IMG/VR virus record: IMGVR_UViG_3300045988_020221
Coordinates: 1 to 44,422 of that record
Source of the DNA: a virus
Length of the DNA stretch: 44,422 bases
Direction: 5' to 3' (one strand)
The position numbers were made by a program, and so were the translations under genes. Each line of letters starts with the position of its first letter. The first letter of the stretch is position 1. Below the pieces are notes generated by a model. That model ran no database searches and was not told the DNA's origin. It saw only the letters and a program-made list of their open reading frames with translations. Of the stretch, positions 1-8,199 are shown piece by piece.

Positions 1-55
1 TTTTTGGAGCTGGTGACAGGAGTTGAACCTGCAACCCACTGATTACAAATCAGTT
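1..55 (-). repeat. attL core: displaced 3' fragment of tRNA-Thr(UGU)
   Basis: Bases 1-55 are identical to 44368-44422. The reverse complement reads anticodon arm ACTGA-TTTGTAA-TCAGT, T arm and CCA. AT-rich phage DNA with no D arm follows after base 55. Confidence 0.9.
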
Positions 56-175
56 TAATTTTACGTTTTATCTAGAATAAAATTAAACTTGTTAGTCACA
101 CGTTAGCTTATCAAGTTTAAAAATTTAGCTTTTCGAGATTTGGCTGTATGTAAAAATAATACATTATGCGTCGTT

Positions 176-508
176 TTACAATGCGGTTATCTTCCGCATG
201 ACCAGCTCATACTCTTTCGGGTATGCAAGCCTTATGGCGCTCATGTGCTCATCAAGCACTTCCATCAAGCCGCCAAAGGGTGCGGCGCTGGCCGCTTCCA
301 CGAACTCGCTTTGCGGCTTTTCTTTTGTGGAGTATGCCTCCGGGTAAGACGCGAGAGGCAGCGCTTGAGTCTGCATTTCTGCCGGTGTTTGCTTTTCTTC
401 CAGCTCATTTCTCACAGTGCAGAGGGCGGCAAGTTTTTCCACACTTTGCCAGTCCGTCGAACCGTATTTCAGCTTGTGAATATGGGTGTTGATTTCGTCA
501 ATGTCCAT
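176..508 (-). CDS. hypothetical protein (110 aa), last gene of the left-arm cargo operon
   Basis: ORF track. Same strand and tight spacing with the upstream ORFs. Confidence 0.6.
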   Translation of the reverse strand: MDIDEINTHIHKLKYGSTDWQSVEKLAALCTVRNELEEKQTPAEMQTQALPLASYPEAYSTKEKPQSEFVEAASAAPFGGLMEVLDEHMSAIRLAYPKEYELVMRKITAL

Positions 509-526
509 GCCTGCCGCCCTCCTCCC

Positions 527-928
527 TTATGCGTTGCGCAAGATGTCAGCGGCCCGCTTATAAGCGTCTCGCTCTGCGCCGGTAGCTTCCTGCATCATGT
601 CCTCGATGTCGGAGATCATGCGCTCACGGCCATCCGTGCGGGAGTAGTGCCCGCGCACATAGTGACGGCCACGGTTGGCGTAGCTGCTGCCCCGGTTGTA
701 ACCGTTTCCGGATTCGCGGCCGAAGGATCCGCGCATGTCAGCTTCCCACTCGCCCGCACGGCTGTACTCGCCGCCCTCGCAGTAATCCTCGATGCGGTGG
801 ATGTCCAGAATGATGTCCACGATCTCGCCGATCATCTCAACATCGCCCGGGGATCTGTTCTTTTTGTCGGTCAGCTCCATGAGCTCGTCGCACATCTCAT
901 CCTTCAGATGATTCAGTTTATCCAGCAT
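527..928 (-). CDS. hypothetical protein, acidic helical N-terminus with a Gly/Arg/Tyr/Ser-rich centre
   Basis: ORF track. Low-complexity stretch GNGYNRGSSYANRGRHYVRGHYSR. Confidence 0.65.
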   Translation of the reverse strand: MLDKLNHLKDEMCDELMELTDKKNRSPGDVEMIGEIVDIILDIHRIEDYCEGGEYSRAGEWEADMRGSFGRESGNGYNRGSSYANRGRHYVRGHYSRTDGRERMISDIEDMMQEATGAERDAYKRAADILRNA

Positions 929-944
929 GACTTTATCTCCTTTC

Positions 945-1367
945 TTATGCTACCCGCTCAACGATCAGATTGCTGTTTGCAATGCTGACTGCCTGCGTAC
1001 TGGTGTTTTTAATTGCCACGGTCACACAACAGCCGCGCGGCACCTCGATGAAAGCGGCCACGAAAACATTGAAGTAATTTTCGACTGCCGCCGGAGTAAC
1101 AATGGCTGTCGCGCTGGTCAGCGACTCACCGCCGACAGCCAGCGCCACGGAAATGGGTCCAACAGTGCCGCCGGTGGGAATGGCGATATTGCTGCCAAAG
1201 CTTACCTTGAAGCGCGCTTTGCATTGATTGGTCAGACCCCGCAGGGTCACGAGGCCGCTGCCCTCACGATGCATGATGCAGGCAGGGGCTTTCACCGCGG
1301 TCTCGGTCAGGGGAAGGTTTTCACCCGCCGCCACGATGACGGTGCTGGAGTTGCTAAATTCAGCCAT
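945..1367 (-). CDS. beta-rich protein resembling a BclA C-terminal / C1q-TNF-like domain
   Basis: AAAGGAG RBS 8 nt before the ATG at 1367 (MAEFSNSS...). All-beta-looking sequence ending ...AVSIANSNLIVERVA, like the exosporium BclA C-terminal domain (from memory). Confidence 0.55.
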   Translation of the reverse strand: MAEFSNSSTVIVAAGENLPLTETAVKAPACIMHREGSGLVTLRGLTNQCKARFKVSFGSNIAIPTGGTVGPISVALAVGGESLTSATAIVTPAAVENYFNVFVAAFIEVPRGCCVTVAIKNTSTQAVSIANSNLIVERVA

Positions 1368-1481
1368 TTTATCGGCTCCTTTCATAGAAAAGCGCCAGGA
1401 CTTTTGCCCCGGCGCTCTGGTTTGCAAAATCAGCTCTGGGGCTGAACATTCGAGAAATCCTCGAAAGTTGCCGTTATTCGG

Positions 1482-2258
1482 TTATGCGCAGCCGTTGCAG
1501 CCGCAACCGGTGCCGCAGTTACCGTACTGGTAAGGTGCAGGAACCGGGAATGCGGGCACGGGGCGCGGATTGTAGTAGGCCAGCTGACCGCTCATGTAGG
1601 CCTTGAGCGTTTCGTTCTGGGCTGCCTGAGATGCCGCAAGCTGTGCTGCGAACAGCTGCTGACCCTGCTCAGCGATCTTTGCGTCCTTTGCCTCGATGCG
1701 CTGTGCGGTCAGGGCGTCAAGGATGGCACGGGCGTTCTGGTTCTGGTTGTCGATGATGTCCCGGGTCGTGTTCTGCACCGTGTTCCGGGTCTCGCAGGAC
1801 TGGGTGGCCAAATTGTAGTTGACGCCCTGAATGGCAGAGCGGTTCTCGCAGCAGCACTCCTGCTGCTGCATCTGCATGGCAAACAGCTGCTGCATGAACG
1901 CCGCCTGCTGGTTTGCGCGGCTGATCTCTGCGGACATAAAGCCGTTGTTCACGGTCTGCTGCACGCCGTTGACAAGCTGCGCTTGCTGGTAGAAGCCATC
2001 ACACATGCCGTTGTTGATACCATCCATCTTGCGCTCGACGTTGGCAAAATCGGAGGTCAGGACGTAGCCGTCCACGACACCGGCACCGGTGTTGCCATTG
2101 CCGCCCCAGTTGCCGCCCCAGCCGCCGCAGAAAGCAAACAGGAACAAGATGATGATCCACCATGCGCCATCATTGCCAAAGCCAAAGCCGTTGCCGCCGT
2201 TGGTGTTTGCGGGCTGAACAGGCATGGTCAGAACCGCAGAATCGGAAGAAAGAGACAT
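1482..2258 (-). CDS. membrane protein with Gly/Trp-rich TM region, Gln/Asn-rich coiled region and Cys-rich C-terminus
   Basis: AAGGAG RBS. GGNGFGFGNDGAWWIIILFLFAFCGGWGGNWGG (YjcZ-like look), ECCCENR, and C-terminal NCGTGCGCNGCA. Confidence 0.7.
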   Translation of the reverse strand: MSLSSDSAVLTMPVQPANTNGGNGFGFGNDGAWWIIILFLFAFCGGWGGNWGGNGNTGAGVVDGYVLTSDFANVERKMDGINNGMCDGFYQQAQLVNGVQQTVNNGFMSAEISRANQQAAFMQQLFAMQMQQQECCCENRSAIQGVNYNLATQSCETRNTVQNTTRDIIDNQNQNARAILDALTAQRIEAKDAKIAEQGQQLFAAQLAASQAAQNETLKAYMSGQLAYYNPRPVPAFPVPAPYQYGNCGTGCGCNGCA

Positions 2259-2321
2259 TTTTGTACTCCTTTCGTGTGTTTTGAATGATTTTTATGCTTG
2301 AACCGTGGCCACGGTTACGGC

Positions 2322-2546
2322 TTAATGAAGGAACTGCTGAAACTGCTGCGCCATCGCCTGCAGCTGGTTCAGCTGGTTTTGTGACATTTTGCCGGATTGC
2401 AGTAGCTTTTGCACCTCTGCTTTCGGGTCGCCTTGAAAGTTTGCACGGAACTGCTGGAACTGCTGCATCATCTGCCCGAACTGACCCATAGGGTTTGGCA
2501 TGGCGGGCATACCGCCGCCCAGTGCGTTAAAAAGAGGGTTTGCCAT
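2322..2546 (-). CDS. small Gln-rich protein (74 aa)
   Basis: GGAGG RBS. MMQQFQQF...QAMAQQFQQFLH. Confidence 0.65.
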   Translation of the reverse strand: MANPLFNALGGGMPAMPNPMGQFGQMMQQFQQFRANFQGDPKAEVQKLLQSGKMSQNQLNQLQAMAQQFQQFLH

Positions 2547-2548
2547 AC

Positions 2549-2998
2549 TTATTTGACCTCCGTTTCAGGTTTTGCAGGCTCTTGCTTCTCGAGCGCCGCA
2601 CAGCGGGCTGCCAGAGCGTCAAACTCTGCTCGGGTGACAAACTCCCCGCCGGGCTGCTGCGCTGTCTGAGGGGGCATTTTTGTCGCCGTGGTGCGTTCCT
2701 TGTAGTCAAAGACGCGGAGAGGCAGCGGCATCCCGCTGGCGTCGGTGCTCTTGATGTAAAAAGCGCTGTTTTCGCTATCCATCAGGAGCACACTGTTTCC
2801 TGCGGCGACCATATAGGCTTTTGCGCCCTCTTCTCCCTGCACCCAGATGATGGAGGGCGTAGCCTGTGCTGTCTGTGCTGTCGGCTGCTGCATCATGGGA
2901 GACTGATAGCCCACTCCCTGCCTGAGTTGAGTGAGGTTGTCTGGCATTGGCTGGCCGTAGTATGTCGGCATCTGATACGCATACGGATTGTAAGGCAT
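2549..2998 (-). CDS. hypothetical protein with a Pro/Gln/Tyr-rich N-terminus
   Basis: AGGAGG RBS. Only 2-3 nt gaps to the neighbouring ORFs, so probably an operon. Confidence 0.7.
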   Translation of the reverse strand: MPYNPYAYQMPTYYGQPMPDNLTQLRQGVGYQSPMMQQPTAQTAQATPSIIWVQGEEGAKAYMVAAGNSVLLMDSENSAFYIKSTDASGMPLPLRVFDYKERTTATKMPPQTAQQPGGEFVTRAEFDALAARCAALEKQEPAKPETEVK

Positions 2999-3001
2999 AG
3001 T

Positions 3002-3379
3002 TTACTCCTCCTTGTACCAGTAGTAGATCGGGCATTCCGCGCCACTGTCCCAGCTGTCCCACCACGCGCCGTCGATCACGGTCAGGACGTGCCCGGAGCA
3101 GCCCAGCACATACACGCCGCGCGGGTACTCCCGGGCAAAATCTGCCACGGTGTAACAGGTTGTGCAGTCCGCTTCCACCAAACGGCGCTTGAACCCTCGT
3201 TTTTGGAGGTATGCGCCCCATGTGCGGTTGGCGCTGGGCATATCGCCGAGGATAAAGCCAGTAAGCGCAAGGCCGATATACGCCCGCTCCCAGTTTTGGC
3301 CTGTAGCTGCCGCCACTGCCCGCACGGTGCAATCCCCCACGCCGTTTCCTTGGGGGTTTGGGTTGAACCTGTGCCACAT
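3002..3379 (-). CDS. putative papain-like cysteine peptidase-fold protein (125 aa)
   Basis: GGGAGGGGGAG RBS. GDCTVRA (candidate Cys nucleophile) and CSGHVLTV (candidate His). Confidence 0.5.
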   Translation of the reverse strand: MWHRFNPNPQGNGVGDCTVRAVAAATGQNWERAYIGLALTGFILGDMPSANRTWGAYLQKRGFKRRLVEADCTTCYTVADFAREYPRGVYVLGCSGHVLTVIDGAWWDSWDSGAECPIYYWYKEE

Positions 3380-3540
3380 GGCGCTCCCCCTCCCTTTGCG
3401 CCCATAGTACCTTTTCTACCAAATCCGTGCGTTAAACGAACGTCAAACGAAAGACAAAAAAGAAAAGCGCCCACACAGCACAGGGCTGTATGAACGCTCA
3501 AACATTTGCACGCAACGCGTATAAAATTTTCAAAAAAGTC

Positions 3541-3569
3541 TTGACAATTGCACGCAATGCGTGTATAAT
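3541..3569 (+). promoter_or_regulatory. consensus sigma-70-type promoter with a palindromic operator in its spacer
   Basis: TTGACA, 17-nt spacer, TATAAT. The spacer contains CACGCA-A-TGCGTG (3551-3563). A near-copy TTGCACGCAACGCGTATAAA lies at 3506-3525. Confidence 0.75.
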
Positions 3570-3648
3570 AAAGACAGTGAAAGACACCTCACACGGAGGT
3601 ATCTATACTATACAACAACACATATCAAAAATCCATAGGAGGCCGATT

Positions 3649-3969
3649 ATGTACACAGCTGAACTTTTTTCAATGGCAAATGATCCAAAGGCGGTAAAAG
3701 AGGTGTTCTTAAATAACGTCACCCTCAGCATCCCGGAAGATGCCGCCGGGTGCGTAGATCTGGACGCCGAGAAGGCAAGATTGTCCACAATCTGGGACGT
3801 GGCGCATTTGTCTATGAGAGAGCTGGTGGCCCGCACTGGTCTGTCGCAGACCGCTTTTGCAAAGCAAGTGGGCGTCCCACTTCGCACCGTGCAGGACTGG
3901 TGCGGCGAAAAGCGTGCGTGCCCCACATACGTCCGCTTTTTGTTGGCTGAGCATTATAAGCTGCTATAA
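3649..3969 (+). CDS. XRE-type HTH protein, possibly a controller-like regulator of the downstream methyltransferase
   Basis: AGGAGG 6 nt before the ATG at 3649. LSMRELVARTGLSQTAFAKQVGVPLRTVQDW. Confidence 0.75.
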   Translation: MYTAELFSMANDPKAVKEVFLNNVTLSIPEDAAGCVDLDAEKARLSTIWDVAHLSMRELVARTGLSQTAFAKQVGVPLRTVQDWCGEKRACPTYVRFLLAEHYKLL

Positions 3970-4008
3970 CCTTGGGATATATATGGATGAGCTGTACCAT
4001 TTGGAGGT

Positions 4009-4941
4009 ATGAAGATGTCTATAGACGTAATTCAAAACATTGAAAAAGGCGTTTTGCCAGATACCGCTACTACACAATTATTCTTGATGGATGTCGAGAA
4101 ATTTTTGGATGCGTTACCAATGCAACCAATTTTTGATCTGGTTGTTACATCACCGCCATACAACATTGGCAAAGAATATGAGAATCAGGTGCCACTTTCT
4201 GATTATTACGATTGGCAGAAAAGAATCATTGAAAAGATATACCCTCGGCTCAAAGATAACGGAAGCATCTGCTGGCAAGTAGGAAACTATGTTAAGAACG
4301 GCAGTATCACGCCACTCGATATTGAGCTCGCCCCTATTTTTAAAGCGCTGAATTTGCATTTGCGCAACCGAATTATCTGGCATTTTGGACACGGACTTCA
4401 TAACAAAAACAGATTTAGTGGACGTTACGAAGTGGTTATGTGGTACACAAAAACCGACGCCTACACATTCAATTTGGATGATGTGCGTGTCCCCGCAAAG
4501 TATCCCGGAAAACGAAGTTACCGTGGAGAAAATAAAGGGAAACTATCTGGAAACCCAAAGGGAAAAAATCCGGAAGATGTGTGGGAAATTCCGAATGTGA
4601 AAGGCAATCATATTGAAAAGACCAATCACCCCTGTCAATTTCCTGTAGGGCTAATTGAGCGGCTAGTTTTAGCCTTGACCAATGAGAATGATCTTGTTTT
4701 TGATCCATTTTCTGGAGTTGCATCATCTGGGGTTGCAGCACTTCTTCACAAGAGAATTTTCTGGGGATGCGAGCTAGTAGAGGAGTATGCCAACAAAGGC
4801 AAGGAACGGTTAGAGCAAACGGTTGCTGGAAGTATTAAATATCGTCCCTATGACAAGCCTATTTACGACCCCAAGACAAGTGCATTGTCAAAAATCCCAG
4901 ACGAATGGAGAAAAGCAAACAGTGAGAGCGCAAATATATAA
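4009..4941 (+). CDS. beta-class N4-cytosine/N6-adenine DNA methyltransferase
   Basis: Motif IV TSPPY precedes motif I FDPFSGVASSG. Region is AT-richer than the flanks. The ATG at 4015 has better RBS spacing than the one at 4009. Confidence 0.85.
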   Translation: MKMSIDVIQNIEKGVLPDTATTQLFLMDVEKFLDALPMQPIFDLVVTSPPYNIGKEYENQVPLSDYYDWQKRIIEKIYPRLKDNGSICWQVGNYVKNGSITPLDIELAPIFKALNLHLRNRIIWHFGHGLHNKNRFSGRYEVVMWYTKTDAYTFNLDDVRVPAKYPGKRSYRGENKGKLSGNPKGKNPEDVWEIPNVKGNHIEKTNHPCQFPVGLIERLVLALTNENDLVFDPFSGVASSGVAALLHKRIFWGCELVEEYANKGKERLEQTVAGSIKYRPYDKPIYDPKTSALSKIPDEWRKANSESANI

Positions 4942-5017
4942 GCGCTGAGCATTATAATCTGATAACCTTAACCAGATGAGATTCGTGGGCTATATATAAC
5001 TGAAAGGAAGGCTGATT

Positions 5018-5320
5018 ATGAATAGCAAAATCAAAAATCCAGACCTCATTACGGAAGACGGGATGAGCCACTACGACGAATTTTGCACTGTATTGAGCGG
5101 AGAGCTCACCTCCATCCCGTCTCCGTTTATGCCGAACAGGAAGCCGATGGTCAACAGTGACTTCCCCGAAGGCAGGGTATACTCTGTGACCCTGCGGGAA
5201 AAGGATGAAATCGGTGCAGACGCCACCGTTCGCTTTGTCACCTACGAAGAAGCGAGCCGGTTCATGCACAGCGTGTCCTGTCGTTGCAAGACGATAAAGG
5301 AGGCACTGGAACTGGCATAA
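5018..5320 (+). CDS. hypothetical protein (100 aa)
   Basis: GAAAGGAAGG RBS. Followed by a strong hairpin. Confidence 0.65.
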   Translation: MNSKIKNPDLITEDGMSHYDEFCTVLSGELTSIPSPFMPNRKPMVNSDFPEGRVYSVTLREKDEIGADATVRFVTYEEASRFMHSVSCRCKTIKEALELA

Positions 5321-5322
5321 AG

Positions 5323-5363
5323 AAACCCCCGATGCTCCAAACGGAACACCGGGGGTTTGCTTT
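5323..5363. terminator. bidirectional rho-independent terminator
   Basis: AAACCCCCG...CGGGGGTTT 9-bp stem, with T runs on both strands, between convergent genes. Confidence 0.7.
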
Positions 5364-5592
5364 ACTCAAAAATTTTTGTAATGCCTTTCAGCCGGTATCC
5401 TATCGCTGTCCGGCTGTAATGTGTCTGTGCTGCAATGTCCGGCAGCGGGAGCCGCTCAACGTATCGCAGTAAGGCTATCTTACGGTCTACCCTCCCAAGC
5501 GGTGCGTTTTTGATGGCAGCGGTCATCTGCTGTCGGTCAAGTCCTTGCAGCGCAGCGGGCAGCACTACGCGAGCCGCCGCCACAGGCAGCAC
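5362..5592 (-). CDS. sigma-70 region-4-like HTH segment, possibly the C-terminal half of a split regulator
   Basis: RKIALLRYVERLPLPDIAAQTHYSRTAIGYRLKGITKIF. Confidence 0.55.
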   Translation of the reverse strand: MLPVAAARVVLPAALQGLDRQQMTAAIKNAPLGRVDRKIALLRYVERLPLPDIAAQTHYSRTAIGYRLKGITKIFE

Positions 5593-5767
5593 CGAGCCAG
5601 AAAGGCTGCGGCAGCTGTCCGGCGTTGCGAACTCGAGCGGTCACGGCACGGAAATGTCCCATTTTGCCGCCGTTGGCAAAATTGTCACGCACTGCGGGCC
5701 ACAAAATCGGGTATGCGCGCTGGTCGTAGTAATAGCGCGGCAGTTGCTTGTATGTAGTACTTGCCAT
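5537..5767 (-). CDS. hypothetical protein, possibly the N-terminal half of a split regulator
   Basis: AGGAGG RBS. The first ~55 aa look protein-like and the tail ...WLGAACGGGSRSAARCAART looks out of frame. Overlaps 5362-5592 in another frame. Confidence 0.5.
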   Translation of the reverse strand: MASTTYKQLPRYYYDQRAYPILWPAVRDNFANGGKMGHFRAVTARVRNAGQLPQPFWLGAACGGGSRSAARCAART

Positions 5768-5777
5768 GATAACCTCC

Positions 5778-6059
5778 TTACTGCTGCGTGATGCGGCGAT
5801 TGGTCAGCTTGCCGTACACATCCTCGTATAGCTCCTGCTTGTCGCCGTTGTAGGTGTACTCGGCATAGATCCCGTCACCGCTTACGGTGGTAGACAACAG
5901 TGCCTTGTAGTTCTGGAGCGTCTTGCAAGCCCAGACCACAAAGATGTTTTCGAGGGTGATTTTGGTCTCGCGGTGCGCGTTGTACCACTCAACCAGTGCA
6001 TTCTTGCACACGCTTTCATATTCTTCCATACCGGTAATAATCATAGTATGTATCCTCAT
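5778..6059 (-). CDS. hypothetical phage protein (93 aa)
   Basis: ORF track. Its ATG overlaps the holin stop (TAATGA). Confidence 0.6.
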   Translation of the reverse strand: MRIHTMIITGMEEYESVCKNALVEWYNAHRETKITLENIFVVWACKTLQNYKALLSTTVSGDGIYAEYTYNGDKQELYEDVYGKLTNRRITQQ

Positions 6060-6397
6060 TACTGCTTTTGCAGTGCCGCCTTTGCACGGTCAAAGAAAAA
6101 CTGAATCACTTTGCTCATGGTCTCTTCTGTGATGGCCCACGAGACCAGCCTGCCCAGCTTGCTATTGTCCAGATAGAGACGCAACATCTTGACGCACCAC
6201 GCCTTGCGCTCTGCGCCGCGCTTGGTGCCCTGAATCTCCCGCTCTGCCTGAGTGATGAGGTTAAGCACCAGATTTTTGACTGCCGCGCCGTAGCCCAGAC
6301 GGATGCCGCCGATGGCGTAGAAGACGAGTCCACCCAGCATCAGGATGACGGCCACAGGAACAGGAATGATGCTCAAAATTTCATTGATTGCTTCCAT
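6059..6397 (-). CDS. holin, LL-H-like family
   Basis: N-terminal TM segment IIPVPVAVILMLGGLVFYAIGG, then AEREIQGTKRGAERKAW...ITEE. Sits in the lysis cassette. Confidence 0.7.
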   Translation of the reverse strand: MEAINEILSIIPVPVAVILMLGGLVFYAIGGIRLGYGAAVKNLVLNLITQAEREIQGTKRGAERKAWCVKMLRLYLDNSKLGRLVSWAITEETMSKVIQFFFDRAKAALQKQ

Positions 6398-6770
6398 GAT
6401 TGGTAACTCCTTTCAAAAGATAATTGTCGATGCTAGCCTTGCTTTTCTGCATCCCTTCGTGATTGTCCCCGGAGAGCTGAGCATCCAAAAGATTCCGCAC
6501 ACCATCAAGGGCCAAGCAAATCTCCTCGTCGATTGCGTCGAAGCGGGTGAGGTCGCGTTTTAAGGCCGCTGCGTGCTGAGACGAGATGCTTTCGACTGCG
6601 CCCAGCCGTTGCTCGATAGCGTCAAGCCGCTGGTTTTGCGCGGCGTCGGGAGCCTGCGCCTTTTTGATATACTTGTGGATGATGTCCAAGACTTTGTCCA
6701 GCGTGACCGCTCCTGCACACACGCTGCCAACAACGCCCAGCACCCACAAAAGAGCCTGCTCTTTAGTCAT
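6381..6770 (-). CDS. lysis-cassette membrane / coiled-coil protein
   Basis: N-terminal TM LLWVLGVVGSVCAGAV followed by a helical region. Lies between the endolysin and the holin. Confidence 0.6.
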   Translation of the reverse strand: MTKEQALLWVLGVVGSVCAGAVTLDKVLDIIHKYIKKAQAPDAAQNQRLDAIEQRLGAVESISSQHAAALKRDLTRFDAIDEEICLALDGVRNLLDAQLSGDNHEGMQKSKASIDNYLLKGVTNHGSNQ

Positions 6771-7561
6771 GCGCCCTCCCGGAGACGGGTCAGGCCCTTC
6801 TTTCTGATGATACGGGAGTAGTTGAGGGTAGTGACGTTGAGGTCTACGTTGCCGTTGATGCCCGGCACAGCGCCCTTGCTGGTATGCTGGTGAGCGTTGT
6901 ACTTAAAGCTCACTTTGGGGGCCTTTCCGGTGTAATCGGCCAGCCACACGTCCCATCGAGAGGACAGACGAGCCATATCCAGCTCGTACTTGTAGCCGGT
7001 GTAGGTGTACAGCTGGGCGTAAAAGCCCATCTTCTCCACCTGTTCCAGCGCGTAAGCGGTGAGGTTGGTGAGGTCGAGGGTGCTCATGGGCTTGAGCTTG
7101 TTTTCCTCCACGTCCACGCAAACGGGGAGAGAAAGCTCCTTGCCGTACACCGCCTGCCGCAGTAGGGCAAGCTCTGCATCGGCCATCGCCTCGCTGGTGG
7201 CGTAGGTGTAGTAGTAAACGCCCACGTCCAGCCCGGCAGCTTTGGCGTTGCGGTAGTTATCCTCAAAGGTCGGGTCAATGTAGAGGCCGTCCGCCCGGGA
7301 GCTGAGCTTTTTGTTGGTGGATACCGTCTTGAGCATGACACCTTTGTAGCCCGCCGCCTTGACTTTGCGCCAGCCGTCGAGGGTGATTTTGCCCTGATAA
7401 CGGCTCACGTCGATGTACCTGTAGGGCGGGTCGCCCTCCCAGCCGGGAGGAGCGGAGGCTTTGGTGTCCACAGCGGACACCTCGGGAGAGGCGTCTGCGG
7501 AGGGGTGGTAAGGGCCGAAAAGGCCCGCAAAGAGGCTGCTCAAAAACTCAAGAAAGCTCAT
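6767..7561 (-). CDS. GH25 muramidase endolysin
   Basis: YIDVSRYQG...GVYYYTYA...VCVDVEEN, typical glycoside hydrolase family 25 motifs. Confidence 0.85.
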   Translation of the reverse strand: MSFLEFLSSLFAGLFGPYHPSADASPEVSAVDTKASAPPGWEGDPPYRYIDVSRYQGKITLDGWRKVKAAGYKGVMLKTVSTNKKLSSRADGLYIDPTFEDNYRNAKAAGLDVGVYYYTYATSEAMADAELALLRQAVYGKELSLPVCVDVEENKLKPMSTLDLTNLTAYALEQVEKMGFYAQLYTYTGYKYELDMARLSSRWDVWLADYTGKAPKVSFKYNAHQHTSKGAVPGINGNVDLNVTTLNYSRIIRKKGLTRLREGA

Positions 7562-7577
7562 ACAACCACGTCCTTTC

Positions 7578-7775
7578 TCAGGCGTTGCTTTCGCCTACGA
7601 TTTCCTCAAAGCCGCTCTTGACGAGGATGTCCTTCACCTTCGGCTTCAGCAGACGAGGGCAGCGCTCATACAGAGCCTTTGCCTCCTCCACAGTCTCAGC
7701 AGACATAATTTCCTGTGCCCATAACATAGCCATCATAAGTACCATCCTTTCGATTTTTTGTGTGATTTTATGCAT
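7578..7775 (-). CDS. small hypothetical protein
   Basis: ORF track. GGAG 7 nt before the ATG at 7775. Confidence 0.5.
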   Translation of the reverse strand: MHKITQKIERMVLMMAMLWAQEIMSAETVEEAKALYERCPRLLKPKVKDILVKSGFEEIVGESNA

Positions 7776-8100
7776 AAACAATCTCCGACATTTCCATCAG
7801 ACATTGTGTGAGCATCTCGTTCTTCTCCTGAAGCTCTGCGATTTTTTCGGCGTCAGTCTTCTCGACAGGATCCGTCCAATCCAGATACTTTTCAGGAGCA
7901 GCCGTGACCTTCTCAAGGTCGATTTTGCTCTCATCAGCCACGATTTCCCGGTAGTCGCATTCCCACACCTGCTGTGCAGGCTGTGATTCGTCATACTGCT
8001 GCTCCGTCCACTGGCCGTTGACACAGATAAAGATATACAGCGTATGGCCGTCACGTACAGATCGGACGGCGGGCTGCTCTGCATCGAAGTTTGCTTTCAT
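7768..8100 (-). CDS. hypothetical protein downstream of the tail fibre
   Basis: AAAGGAG RBS. Confidence 0.65.
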   Translation of the reverse strand: MKANFDAEQPAVRSVRDGHTLYIFICVNGQWTEQQYDESQPAQQVWECDYREIVADESKIDLEKVTAAPEKYLDWTDPVEKTDAEKIAELQEKNEMLTQCLMEMSEIVYA

Positions 8101-8199
8101 GTGCTACAACTCCTTTCATTTATAGTTGTCTCATGCCGCATTGCTTTCAGTGGGATTTCCCCCTCTGCCGCAAGCGGCATTCACCCCCGGCGCAAAGTG

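Noticed and set aside
5018-5320. The 100-aa ORF as the restriction endonuclease partner of the SPPY methyltransferase.
   Set aside because: It is too small and has no recognisable PD-(D/E)xK, HNH or GIY-YIG signature visible by eye. It is left as hypothetical, with a check suggested.
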